Positions 1 through 8,135 of a stretch of DNA of 32,000 nt are shown here, in pieces (position 1 is the stretch's first letter; each line of letters starts with the position of its first letter). The stretch comes from Nitrososphaerota archaeon (GTDB lineage Archaea; Thermoproteota; Nitrososphaeria; Nitrososphaerales; Nitrosopumilaceae): positions 1,131,992-1,163,991 of the forward strand of contig JAGWFT010000001.1 in NCBI GenBank assembly GCA_028867755.1, written 5' to 3'. The translations under genes and the position numbers were made by a program. The notes beneath the pieces are model-generated. The model did no database searches. It was not told the DNA's origin and was given only the letters and a program-made list of their open reading frames with translations.

Positions 1-2131
1 GGCTTCTTGTTATCCTTTCAATTTTCTTTAGTTGGCCTTTCTTGTTTTGAATGAATTTCTTTAGCAATTCAAGTGATTGTACCAGTCCATCTACAGATGT
101 ACTAAGAAGAATTATCTTTGTAAGATTGGAAACTTTGGAGTTAATGTCCACAATCACAGCACTTGCATCTGCCTCAAAGAATTGACCGTCAAGCGTGACT
201 GCTTTATGTCCTTTTTTTGATAGGGCATACGCTGCCTCTGTAGAAGAAGCAAGACCTATGCTTCCAAAGATAAAGTTCTTGAGAGACTCTAATCTTTGAT
301 CGCATTTTATAAAATCAGAGAGAACTCCAAATATTCCATCTTCTTGTTTTATTGTTGGCTTGAAATCTGATACGGCATCTAACGGAATAAGCCTAATTTT
401 TGGGAGTTTCTTTTGCTGAGCAAATTCAGCTATACCAAGAAGTGTGGCAAAGTCATTTACAACAAGAGCTTTTAGCCAGTCAGAACCAACAGATAAAATT
501 GCTCTCTCATATTGTTTGTCCCAAGAAAGCAATTCGTAAACAAGGCCTTGGATTCCCAACCTCTTGGAATCCTCTTTTAGTTTTGCGATAGAATAGTCTT
601 CATGCATCACATCTTTTACAACTTTTATTTTTGCTTCGTATTGTGCAGCAGCTTTGCTTGCTTTTTCAAAAATTATTGTAGTTTCTTCAACATCTTTTTC
701 TATCTTCGCACGCTTGTCACGCAAATCTGATATTCTTGATTTTAATTCATGAATAACAGACTCGTGACCTTCTTGCACTTGCTTGAGTTTTTGTTCAAAA
801 TTGAGCAGTTTTTCTTTTTCATCTGATAATGCTTTTGCCCTCAGTGAGTTTTGATCAACTTTACTTTGAATGTCTAAATGTTCTTGTTCTAACTTTGAGC
901 TGGAAAGTTTTGCTTCACTTAGTGTAGCGGTAAGATTTCTTACTTTTTCATCAACTTTTAGCTTGTTACTTGTAACCTGAGATTGTTGCTTTAAAGTTTG
1001 ATTGATCTCAGAGTCAACAGACGTAAGATCAGTGTTAGTACTCTTTTTTGATTCGTTAACAGCGTTAATAGAATTTTTCAATTCTAAGACTTGAGATTCT
1101 AAAATAGAACGCTTTTCGTGCAGTCCTGTCAGTTCAGTTTGAATTTCTGGCAACCTGGTCTCTATTTGTGCAGTTCTCCTTGCATCTGTAGCCAACTTGC
1201 TATTTGCCGCTTCTGATTGGTGCATTGCAACAGAAAGTTCAGAGTCAATTGAGGCCTTTGCAATATTATACGCATTGACTTCTTCCATGAATTTTTGTTT
1301 CTCTTCTTCGAGTTTTTTTATCTCATCTCTTAACTGGACACGTTGTTCGTCAAGTTTTTTAGATTCAGACTGGATAGCGTTAAAACTTCGTTCTTTTGAC
1401 ACTTTTTGAGTATCAATGTCTCTAAGCTTGTTTGAGGCCTGAATGGCATAGAGTCTCTTTAGTTCACGGTCTAGAAAGTCATATCTTAGTTGGCTGTTTC
1501 TTTCCTCTTCGAGCTCATCAATACGCTTCTTAATCTCATCCATTCTTGCCAGTGCAATCTCCAGTCTTCTATCGGCCTCATCTAGTTGCTTTAACGCCTC
1601 TGTCTTTTTCTCGTCAAAATAGGCAAGCCCTATAATATCTTCTATTATTCGTCTTCGCTCTTCTGCATTAAATTCGGAGATTCTAGTGATTGTACCCTGT
1701 TGTACAATATTCAATTTGTGAATACCGCAATTTGCTATCTCCAAAAGATCTAAAATATGGTTTCTTAGCACCTTTTTTTGGTTCAAATAATAGATATTTT
1801 CCCCTGATTCGTCCATCTCTCTTGTGATTGTTACAGTGTTAGAGTCAACTGGTATCTTTCGATCAAAATTATCAAAGTGACAGCTAACTCGTGCTATCTT
1901 TGCACCATGGTGTGCATTATCTACATCATGTAATAGCGAACGTAATTTGTCTACTCTCATAACCTTTGGTGCATTTTCACCTAGAGCAAACGAGATTGCA
2001 TCAAGAATGTTGCTTTTGCCAGATCCGTTGGCACCAGAAATAGCTACAAGACCGGGTTCAAAGTTAACTATACTGTTTTTGTACCCAAATGATTTGAATC
2101 CAAAGATCTCCAGCTTGCGTATATGAACCAA
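1..2131 (-). CDS. smc: SMC chromosome-segregation ATPase, N-terminal ~710 codons (3' end runs off the window at position 1)
   Basis: Absent from the supplied ORF track (edge-truncated, TTG start at 2131..2129). My own minus-strand translation reads LVHIRKLEIFGFKSFGYKNSIVNFEPGLVAISGANGSGKSNILDAISFALGE (Walker A GANGSGKS). About 400 aa of coiled-coil-like sequence follows, then a hinge-like segment GIQGLVYELLSWDKQYERAILSVGSDWLKALVV. The frame stays open to position 1. Confidence 0.85.
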   Translation of the reverse strand, partial: MVHIRKLEIFGFKSFGYKNSIVNFEPGLVAISGANGSGKSNILDAISFALGENAPKVMRVDKLRSLLHDVDNAHHGAKIARVSCHFDNFDRKIPVDSNTVTITREMDESGENIYYLNQKKVLRNHILDLLEIANCGIHKLNIVQQGTITRISEFNAEERRRIIEDIIGLAYFDEKKTEALKQLDEADRRLEIALARMDEIKKRIDELEEERNSQLRYDFLDRELKRLYAIQASNKLRDIDTQKVSKERSFNAIQSESKKLDEQRVQLRDEIKKLEEEKQKFMEEVNAYNIAKASIDSELSVAMHQSEAANSKLATDARRTAQIETRLPEIQTELTGLHEKRSILESQVLELKNSINAVNESKKSTNTDLTSVDSEINQTLKQQSQVTSNKLKVDEKVRNLTATLSEAKLSSSKLEQEHLDIQSKVDQNSLRAKALSDEKEKLLNFEQKLKQVQEGHESVIHELKSRISDLRDKRAKIEKDVEETTIIFEKASKAAAQYEAKIKVVKDVMHEDYSIAKLKEDSKRLGIQGLVYELLSWDKQYERAILSVGSDWLKALVVNDFATLLGIAEFAQQKKLPKIRLIPLDAVSDFKPTIKQEDGIFGVLSDFIKCDQRLESLKNFIFGSIGLASSTEAAYALSKKGHKAVTLDGQFFEADASAVIVDINSKVSNLTKIILLSTSVDGLVQSLELLKKFIQNKKGQLKKIERITRS

Positions 2132-2212
2132 TGAAATCGGTGGTTTGACATCTGAAATAACAGATTATTGACAAGTTTCATTGACTAGGCTAACAATAAT
2201 TACAATGTGTGT

Positions 2213-3280
2213 CTATTTGTCACGTTTGCCTTCAACAAACTCTGTGAAGGCTTTCTTTGCATCAGTGTACGGCATCTGTATTGGAGGATGCTTGAAGCAG
2301 TAAGATGAGATGCTAGTCATAGGACCTGAGAGATTTCTATCTAATGCTATCTTTAGCCCACGTATAGCATCAATCATTATTCCTGCACTGTTATACGCAT
2401 CAATTACCTTAAGCTTTAGATCTAGTTTAATTGGGATTTTACCAAAGTATTTGCCTTCTATGTTGATATAACAGATTTTTTCATTATCAATAAAGTCAAC
2501 ATAATCGCTTGGTCCTATTCTCATTGGAATATCATAATCAGCCATTGCCTTTACTGCACTTGTCTTGCTTATTCTCTTGTCCTCAAGTCTCTCCTCATCG
2601 AGCATGTTGAAAAAGTCCATATCGCCTCCAATGTTCAATTGATATGTGCCGTCGATGAGTACACCTCTATCTACGAAAAGCTTTACAAGCGTTTTATGTA
2701 CTACAGTAGCTCCAAGTTGACTCATCACGTCATCTCCAGCTAGAGGGAGTTTCTTTTCTGCATACATTTGCTGCCATTTTGGTTCTGATGCGATAAACAC
2801 AGGAATTGCGTTAAGAAACCCGATACCTGCCTCAAGAGCTTGACTTGCATAGTTTCGTACTGCTTCTGTGCTTCCAACCGGAAGATAGTTGACAAGCATC
2901 TCTGCACCTGTATCTTGTAATACTTTTTTGACATTAACCTCAGGCTCTGGGGAAGGCGTTACTATACGGCTTAGATGTCTTCCTAGACCGTCTTTTGTAG
3001 GTCCACGCTGTACAGTTATCCCGGTACGAGGAACCTCTGCAACTGTAATAGTATTATTTGGTCTTGCGTATATTGCCTCAGAGATGTCCTTTCCAACCTT
3101 TGTATCTGCCACATCAAATGCTGCCACGACTTCAATATCTCCTGGCTCATACCCCCCCAAGTTGTAAGCAGTCAATCCTACAATATCATTAGGGTTATCT
3201 GAATAGTATTTTGAACCTTGAATAAGTGCAGAAGCACAATTGCCTACACCGGCTATAGCAATCTTGATCTTCTTTCCCAA
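2213..3280 (-). CDS. myo-inositol-1-phosphate synthase (inositol-3-phosphate synthase, short prokaryotic type)
   Basis: 355-aa ORF with N-terminal dinucleotide-binding motif KIAIAGVGNCASALIQG, the LPLAGDDVMSQLGATVVH core, and a family-typical length. The start codon is TTG. A TATAAT-like box lies ~25 nt upstream in the 127-bp gap. Confidence 0.85.
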   Translation of the reverse strand: MGKKIKIAIAGVGNCASALIQGSKYYSDNPNDIVGLTAYNLGGYEPGDIEVVAAFDVADTKVGKDISEAIYARPNNTITVAEVPRTGITVQRGPTKDGLGRHLSRIVTPSPEPEVNVKKVLQDTGAEMLVNYLPVGSTEAVRNYASQALEAGIGFLNAIPVFIASEPKWQQMYAEKKLPLAGDDVMSQLGATVVHKTLVKLFVDRGVLIDGTYQLNIGGDMDFFNMLDEERLEDKRISKTSAVKAMADYDIPMRIGPSDYVDFIDNEKICYINIEGKYFGKIPIKLDLKLKVIDAYNSAGIMIDAIRGLKIALDRNLSGPMTSISSYCFKHPPIQMPYTDAKKAFTEFVEGKRDK

Positions 3281-3407
3281 CTTGACCGACAGCTACCAAA
3301 TTATACCTACATATTAATTACTTGCCATTCATAAGAGCAGTAGATTTCATATCTCAAACTTGATTCCAGTCATTATCTATTTCTATATTCTAGACTATTT
3401 TCCAAAA

Positions 3408-4133
3408 TTAAATAGTATAGATATTTTTTTGATAAATCTCTTTGAACCCTTGTTTCAAGTAGAAATTAACCAATTCGTCTTTACGATATGTTTCAAGCAT
3501 CAACAATTCCAAGTTTCGTTTCTTTACTTCACTTAGAGCAAAGTCAATTAGAGACATGGCAAGGCCCCTCTTTCTCATACTTGGAATTGTTCCAAGACAA
3601 TAAAGCCCCAACATTGAATCTTTTTCATATAATGCCACGCAAGAACTAGCTGATTCATCAACATAGTACTCTATTGACTGGATGGATTTTTTTACTATCT
3701 TATCCACAGATGTGACCCAATCTTGACAATCATATGCATCACAGAATGTTTTTGACCACAACATAGATTCATCGCTAGATATCATATGAATTTTTGTTGC
3801 TTTTGTAGAGTTGGGTGTTTTTACAAGCACGTGTTGAACATCGTAAAGTTTGAAATTTTTTTTGAGTAATTTGTCTTCAAGATCTGCATAATTTAATGTG
3901 TAGATATATGGGGCTGTACCATATTTGGCAAAAAGTGCCAACGCATCGTCTATCATTTTGTCGTTGATGCATGATATGTTTGTGAGCTTGTCAAAAAAGA
4001 CATCATTTGTGAGATCTTGATTGAAAAACAATGTACCACACTGAAGAGGTATAGAATTTGTCAACAGACCAGTAAAATCAAGGTCTATACCTTCTAGTCG
4101 TGATATTAGGTTGTTATTCCCAGTACCTGACAT
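3408..4133 (-). CDS. GNAT-family N-acyltransferase (241 aa, larger than a minimal GNAT)
   Basis: C-terminal acetyl-CoA motif A (GTIPSMRKRGLAMSLIDFAL) is followed by LELLMLETY...FYLKQGF. About 100 aa precede the recognisable GNAT core. ATG 4133 lies 28 nt inside the 3' end of the upstream ligase gene. Confidence 0.7.
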   Translation of the reverse strand: MSGTGNNNLISRLEGIDLDFTGLLTNSIPLQCGTLFFNQDLTNDVFFDKLTNISCINDKMIDDALALFAKYGTAPYIYTLNYADLEDKLLKKNFKLYDVQHVLVKTPNSTKATKIHMISSDESMLWSKTFCDAYDCQDWVTSVDKIVKKSIQSIEYYVDESASSCVALYEKDSMLGLYCLGTIPSMRKRGLAMSLIDFALSEVKKRNLELLMLETYRKDELVNFYLKQGFKEIYQKNIYTI

Positions 4134-5263
4134 ATTCGTTCAAAATCTCTGTAACTGATATTGCTTCCTGCAATTATCTGGGAGCAAATGTTTTCAAATA
4201 TTTCAATTGCTTTTTGAGAATTAAGATCATCGTCTAATGCAGCAAGAAAATCATCTACTAATTTAGAAATTTCCGAGTCAGTTTTTTCTGATGTTTTTGT
4301 GCCGGCAAGATGGATTTTTTCTAAAAGCTGTTTTTTTTCAGCAATTTTATTTTCATCGAAATTCACATCCTTACGATAATGAGTAGAGAAAAGATAAAGA
4401 CGCAATAGGTTTTGCCCATATTTTTGTATCAGATCTCTCGACCATACAACATTGCCAAGCGATTTGGACATTTTTTCACCATTTGAAAGAACAAGGCCTA
4501 CATACATCCACGCTTTGACCGGATTTTCATCTGTTGAAAACATCTTGTATTGGGCTAAATGCGCTTCGTGATGTGGATATGCAAGCTCCCTTGCACCACC
4601 GTGAATGTCATAATTTGTACCAAAGTTTTCCAATGCAACAGTTGTATCTTGCATGTGCCACCATGGAATGCCTTTCCCAAATTTGCTTTTCCATGAAAAG
4701 TCAAAATCCTCAGAACAGTTCCATAACATTATGTCCTCCTGGTTTTTCTTGCTAGGCCCTATATCCAATCTATGAAGTTGGAGTTGAGCCCTAGACTGCT
4801 TAGATAACATACCGTAGGTGTTAATTTTTGAAGTGTCAAGATAGACATTTCCATTTGCATAATATGCAACTTTTTTATTCAACAATTCAGATATGTGACT
4901 CTCCATATAATCAACATAATCTGAAACGTATGCAAGTCGGTTTATGCTTTTGATGTTCAATAAATTTAGATCTTTTGCAAATTCTTGTGCATAGAATTTA
5001 GCAATTGTAGCATAGTCTTTTGATTCATCTTTTGCCTTGTTGAATACATTTTGATTGATATCTGTCATATTTACTAGTACATCAGTTCTGTATCCTCTTT
5101 CGTGTAAATGTCTGCACAAAAGGTCGTACGTAAGAAAAATTCTTGCATGTCCTAAATGAGTATAATCATACAAGGTAGGTCCACAGATGAATACACGTGC
5201 CATATTTTTCTGAAATGGTTCAAAAGTATCTATAACTGAAGAAAATGAATTGAATATTCTCAT
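4106..5263 (-). CDS. cysS: cysteine--tRNA ligase family class-I enzyme, short form (385 aa) lacking the C-terminal anticodon-binding domain
   Basis: ICGPTLYDYTHLGHAR (CysRS-type HIGH region), DIHGGARELAYPHHEAHLAQ, KMSKSLGN, and a DALR-2-like helix FLAALDDDLNSQKA. It aligns by eye along its full length with my recollection of E. coli CysRS but ends ~75 aa early. Assignment as the housekeeping CysRS versus a paralogue is open (see findings). Confidence 0.75.
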   Translation of the reverse strand: MRIFNSFSSVIDTFEPFQKNMARVFICGPTLYDYTHLGHARIFLTYDLLCRHLHERGYRTDVLVNMTDINQNVFNKAKDESKDYATIAKFYAQEFAKDLNLLNIKSINRLAYVSDYVDYMESHISELLNKKVAYYANGNVYLDTSKINTYGMLSKQSRAQLQLHRLDIGPSKKNQEDIMLWNCSEDFDFSWKSKFGKGIPWWHMQDTTVALENFGTNYDIHGGARELAYPHHEAHLAQYKMFSTDENPVKAWMYVGLVLSNGEKMSKSLGNVVWSRDLIQKYGQNLLRLYLFSTHYRKDVNFDENKIAEKKQLLEKIHLAGTKTSEKTDSEISKLVDDFLAALDDDLNSQKAIEIFENICSQIIAGSNISYRDFERICQVLGITT

Positions 5264-5273
5264 GGCGTAATTG

Positions 5274-5543
5274 CTATCTTCCGCCTTGAGATAATATTGG
5301 CGTTAGTGTTACAGTGGAACGAATCTTTGAGATTCTTCGTATCTTGTAAGTCACTATCTCTTCTAAAATGGCATTCGAGTCAGCTTGAATTTTGACAAGG
5401 ATATCATATATCCCATATGTTCCTCTGACTTCTTTTACTTCTGGAATTTTTGCAAGTTCGCTTATGATTTGCGTTTCCGATCCCAAGTCGCAGTTTATGA
5501 GTATGTATAATGTTTCCATGTACACCAATAATATTTGATGCAT
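5274..5543 (-). CDS. stand-alone Lrp/AsnC-type ligand-binding (RAM) domain protein
   Basis: LINCDLGSETQIISELAKIPEVKEVRGTYGIYDILVKIQADSNAILEEIV matches the beta-alpha-beta-beta-alpha-beta RAM pattern, with no HTH domain. The true start is probably the second Met (METLY, 5519), giving ~81 aa. The stop lies 10 nt upstream of the ligase ATG. Confidence 0.65.
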   Translation of the reverse strand: MHQILLVYMETLYILINCDLGSETQIISELAKIPEVKEVRGTYGIYDILVKIQADSNAILEEIVTYKIRRISKIRSTVTLTPILSQGGR

Positions 5544-5559
5544 AAAATGATATCCATGA

Positions 5560-5566
5560 TTTAAAA
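5560..5566. promoter_or_regulatory. central TTTAAAA TATA-like element in a 45-bp divergent intergenic region
   Basis: It is the clearest TATA-like element between the 5543 (-) and 5589 (+) start codons; an AT-rich CATAAAATGA at 5541..5550 is a weaker alternative. The core TTTAAA is its own reverse complement. Its centre is ~26 nt from GTG 5589 and ~20/44 nt from ATG 5543/5519. Confidence 0.3.
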
Positions 5567-5588
5567 GGATGTAACGGCATGATATTTT

Positions 5589-6302
5589 GTGGATAACGAG
5601 ATAACAATTAGAGAGTTAAAACCAATTAACATAGAAGGCGGATTTGTCATAGATGGTTTTCCTTATGCAGGACTTGCCAACGCAATAGCGACAGAATCTT
5701 TGATAAACACAACATCTCAATTCAAATTGGCAGGTGTTCTTGATTCAGAACTTTTTCCTCCAATTAGTATCATAAGAGATGAAACACCTAATTTTCCTGC
5801 AAGAATATTTGTAAATGAGGATCTCAAGGTTGCGGTATTTTCAGCATATTTAACACCCCATGAATCGCTTCACAGAGAGGTTGCAAGAACCATGTTAAAG
5901 TGGGCAAATGATCACAAATGTTCGCTCATAGTAAGCAGTGCAGCTGTAAAGGCTGAAGAAAAACCGTTTGTCATAGGAGTTGCAAGTACAGAAAATGCAA
6001 AGAAACGATTGACAGATTCAGAAATTCCAATACTTAAGAATGGTACTGTCCCCGGCATTCCCGGAATTTTGTTAAATGAAGGCTCCATCACAAACACCAA
6101 CGTAATTGTTCTTTTATACAAAGGCCAAGAAAACGGGCCAGACTTTAGAGCAGGTGCAGAGATTTGTATGGCAATGTCAAAACTTGTCCCTGGTGCAGCA
6201 TGTGATTTCCGAACCTTGATGAGCGAAGCAGAAAACATAGAGCAAAACATGAAGCAGACAGAGCAAGAAGCAGGTCCACTACGAGATGCAATTTACGGAT
6301 GA
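5589..6302 (+). CDS. PAC2-family proteasome assembly chaperone-like protein (PbaA/PbaB-like)
   Basis: The N-terminal pattern IEGGFVIDGFPYAGLANAIATESLIN...FPPISII...PARIF is typical of PAC2/PF09754 proteins. The C-terminus ...DAIYG is an HbYX-type tail. GTG start. Confidence 0.6.
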   Translation: MDNEITIRELKPINIEGGFVIDGFPYAGLANAIATESLINTTSQFKLAGVLDSELFPPISIIRDETPNFPARIFVNEDLKVAVFSAYLTPHESLHREVARTMLKWANDHKCSLIVSSAAVKAEEKPFVIGVASTENAKKRLTDSEIPILKNGTVPGIPGILLNEGSITNTNVIVLLYKGQENGPDFRAGAEICMAMSKLVPGAACDFRTLMSEAENIEQNMKQTEQEAGPLRDAIYG

Positions 6303-6547
6303 GCTACCAAGAACGAGAAATCTCAAAAGATAGCTTGCCAAAACAACTCAGAGTTTTAGATTCTGACGAAGGAGTAAGAATAGAGAGCGAAACAGGATTT
6401 ATTTTTATCAACAAAACATCTAGACGATATTGTATTGACATATCAAAGAATGGTTCTGACGAGTTTTTCTATATGAATAGTGTTGATGACGTACTGAGTT
6501 TTTTAACAAATAAGATGGACGCGTCATCAAAAATTTTCTCATACTAG
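6299..6547 (+). CDS. hypothetical protein (82 aa), translationally coupled to the PAC2-like gene
   Basis: ATGA start/stop overlap with the upstream gene. Coding-like composition. No motif recognised. Confidence 0.45.
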   Translation: MSYQEREISKDSLPKQLRVLDSDEGVRIESETGFIFINKTSRRYCIDISKNGSDEFFYMNSVDDVLSFLTNKMDASSKIFSY

Positions 6548-6566
6548 TTTACTGCAACATATCTAG

Positions 6567-7184
6567 ATGACACCAATACTAGAATTTGCATTGACTGTAA
6601 TTACAATTTCAGTCTCTGGAGTCATGTCTCCAGGACCTCTTTTTGCAGCAAATGTTGCATATGGTACAAGAGGTGGTTGGAAGACCGGAATTAGAATGGC
6701 ATTTGGACATACAATAGTTGAACTTCCACTTGTGATACTTCTTGGAATTGGTGCAATCTCACTTGTGGTCTTGCCACAATTCAGAGAATACACATCAATA
6801 CTTGGTGCTATCAGTCTCTTTGTTTTTTCAGGACTGCAAATTAGAACTGCGATGATGAAATCTTCATCCAGTCAGTTACCAAAACATGGTCCATTTATCA
6901 TGGGAATTTTGTTGAGTGCATTCAATCCGTTTTTCTTGATTTGGTGGTTCACAATAGGCTTTAAACTAATTTCAGATGCATTACTTTTGTACTCATTTAT
7001 TGGAATAGGGATAATGTTTGGGCTCCACATATGGATGGACTATGCATGGTTAGGTACGGTAGGATTTTTGTCTAGTCGCGGAAAAAAGATCCTCTCAACT
7101 AAAAACTACAAGATTTTCATGATTGCACTAAGTGGGGTTCTTGTCTATTTTGGAATAAATTTCTTGATTCAATCTTGGCATTAA
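6567..7184 (+). CDS. LysE/RhtB-family amino-acid exporter
   Basis: 205 aa with about six hydrophobic helices. N-terminal PGP motif (VMSPGPLFAANVAYG) and family-typical size. Confidence 0.7.
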   Translation: MTPILEFALTVITISVSGVMSPGPLFAANVAYGTRGGWKTGIRMAFGHTIVELPLVILLGIGAISLVVLPQFREYTSILGAISLFVFSGLQIRTAMMKSSSSQLPKHGPFIMGILLSAFNPFFLIWWFTIGFKLISDALLLYSFIGIGIMFGLHIWMDYAWLGTVGFLSSRGKKILSTKNYKIFMIALSGVLVYFGINFLIQSWH

Positions 7185-7420
7185 CCACAATCAAGTATTT
7201 CCAAGCCACCTTTGCACTCATTGTCAAATTTCGATATCTTGTCATTTAATTGTGAACATAACTCAGGATCTTTTGTTTGATCATATTTTTTGAGATCAGA
7301 GTTGATATCAATTTGTTTTACAGGACAAGTATTAACAAACCCGAGATGATACAATGCAACGATTACAGTTATGCCAACTAGTACTATTAGTATTGAGCGC
7401 TTTAGGAACTTGCTAACCAT
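7181..7420 (-). CDS. small membrane-anchored Cys-containing hypothetical protein
   Basis: The ORF track gives 7181..7474, but that would overlap Alba by 62 nt. The internal Met (MVSKFLKRSILIVLVGITVIVALY) gives an N-terminal anchor followed by four Cys (TCPV, ELCS, NECK, LDCG). Confidence 0.4.
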   Translation of the reverse strand: MVSKFLKRSILIVLVGITVIVALYHLGFVNTCPVKQIDINSDLKKYDQTKDPELCSQLNDKISKFDNECKGGLEILDCG

Positions 7421-7700
7421 CTTCAGGTTTAGAAACATCAACTTCAATTGTTGATACGTTTCTCTCTTTTCCATCTTTTGACTCCATCCTTTCGGAAAAA
7501 ATTCTCACACCGCTGACTTTGTAGCCCACCGCATTCATTCTCTTAACTATCATTTGTGATACATCTACTGCTGCTGTTATGCTCTTTCCCCTTGCTTTTA
7601 TTGTCACAGTAGGTTCATTTGCAAGTAGTGTTAACGTGGCGTTCACGTATGTAAGAATTGGTTTTTTACCAATAAAGACAATATTTGGAGGTCTTGGCAC
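7413..7700 (-). CDS. albA: Alba chromatin / RNA-binding protein
   Basis: NIVFIGKKPILTYVNATLTLLANEPTVTIKARGKSITAAVDVSQMIVKRM is the canonical Alba pattern. ~95 aa. GTG start. Confidence 0.85.
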   Translation of the reverse strand: MPRPPNIVFIGKKPILTYVNATLTLLANEPTVTIKARGKSITAAVDVSQMIVKRMNAVGYKVSGVRIFSERMESKDGKERNVSTIEVDVSKPEDG

Positions 7701-7724
7701 AGACCAACTCTTTTTGTGTTTTAT

Positions 7725-7979
7725 TTAATGGTTAAGATTCTTTTTTTCTATGTATTTTTCGAGAATATCATCCATATCTTCAGATTTGGATTGTTTTAGT
7801 TCATCAACAATTTCCTTTTCTTCGATTTCATAACAATTTAAAAGATCATTTTTATCTTTGAAAAAAAGCATTGCCTTGTCTTGGTAAATACAGTAATACA
7901 GCTTGTCGACTTCCATTTTTTCTGGCTGCAGTTTGATTCCTTCTTCTCCTATAGAAACTGGATAATCCACAATATTCAT
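7725..7979 (-). CDS. hypothetical acidic protein (84 aa)
   Basis: ORF with coding-like composition, divergent from dinB. No recognised motif. Confidence 0.4.
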   Translation of the reverse strand: MNIVDYPVSIGEEGIKLQPEKMEVDKLYYCIYQDKAMLFFKDKNDLLNCYEIEEKEIVDELKQSKSEDMDDILEKYIEKKNLNH

Positions 7980-8135
7980 TGAAAAAGACGATATTTAGAT
8001 GTAATTTGAAGAATTTGCCAAAAAGAAAGGTCATAAATGCGTGAGACAAAGCAAAAGGCAAATTAATTCATTTAATGTTTACTGTAAAATTATCTTACAA
8101 TAACGTAATAAATAAAATAGAATAATAAAAAATCC

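Noticed and set aside
400-1409. Plus-strand ORFs 400..591 and 1197..1409
   Set aside because: Both lie antisense inside the long uninterrupted minus-strand SMC reading frame. Their Ser/Phe/Leu-rich products are typical shadows of a Glu/Lys-rich coiled-coil gene.
3281-3407. The 127-bp gap between GNAT and MIPS, checked for a structured RNA or riboswitch
   Set aside because: I saw only a TATAAT-like box ~25 nt from the MIPS start and no convincing stem-loops or conserved-looking boxes. It is treated as a plain promoter region.
5274-5285. The RAM-domain protein ends ...SQGGR, which resembles a ubiquitin-like GG C-terminus that could pair with the JAMM protease
   Set aside because: The protein pattern is a ferredoxin-like RAM fold, not a beta-grasp. 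GG is followed by Arg, and the JAMM gene is 19 kb away. This is most likely coincidence.
5912-6250. Antisense ORFs inside well-supported genes: this one, plus 2740..2934, 2889..3167, 4534..4755, 6563..6793, 22183..22515, 23166..23936, 25698..25922, 26295..26573, 27153..27473, 28392..28694, 28912..29172 and 29465..29815
   Set aside because: Each is nested within, or in another frame or on the other strand of, a gene with clear homology-type motifs. None shows a motif of its own.
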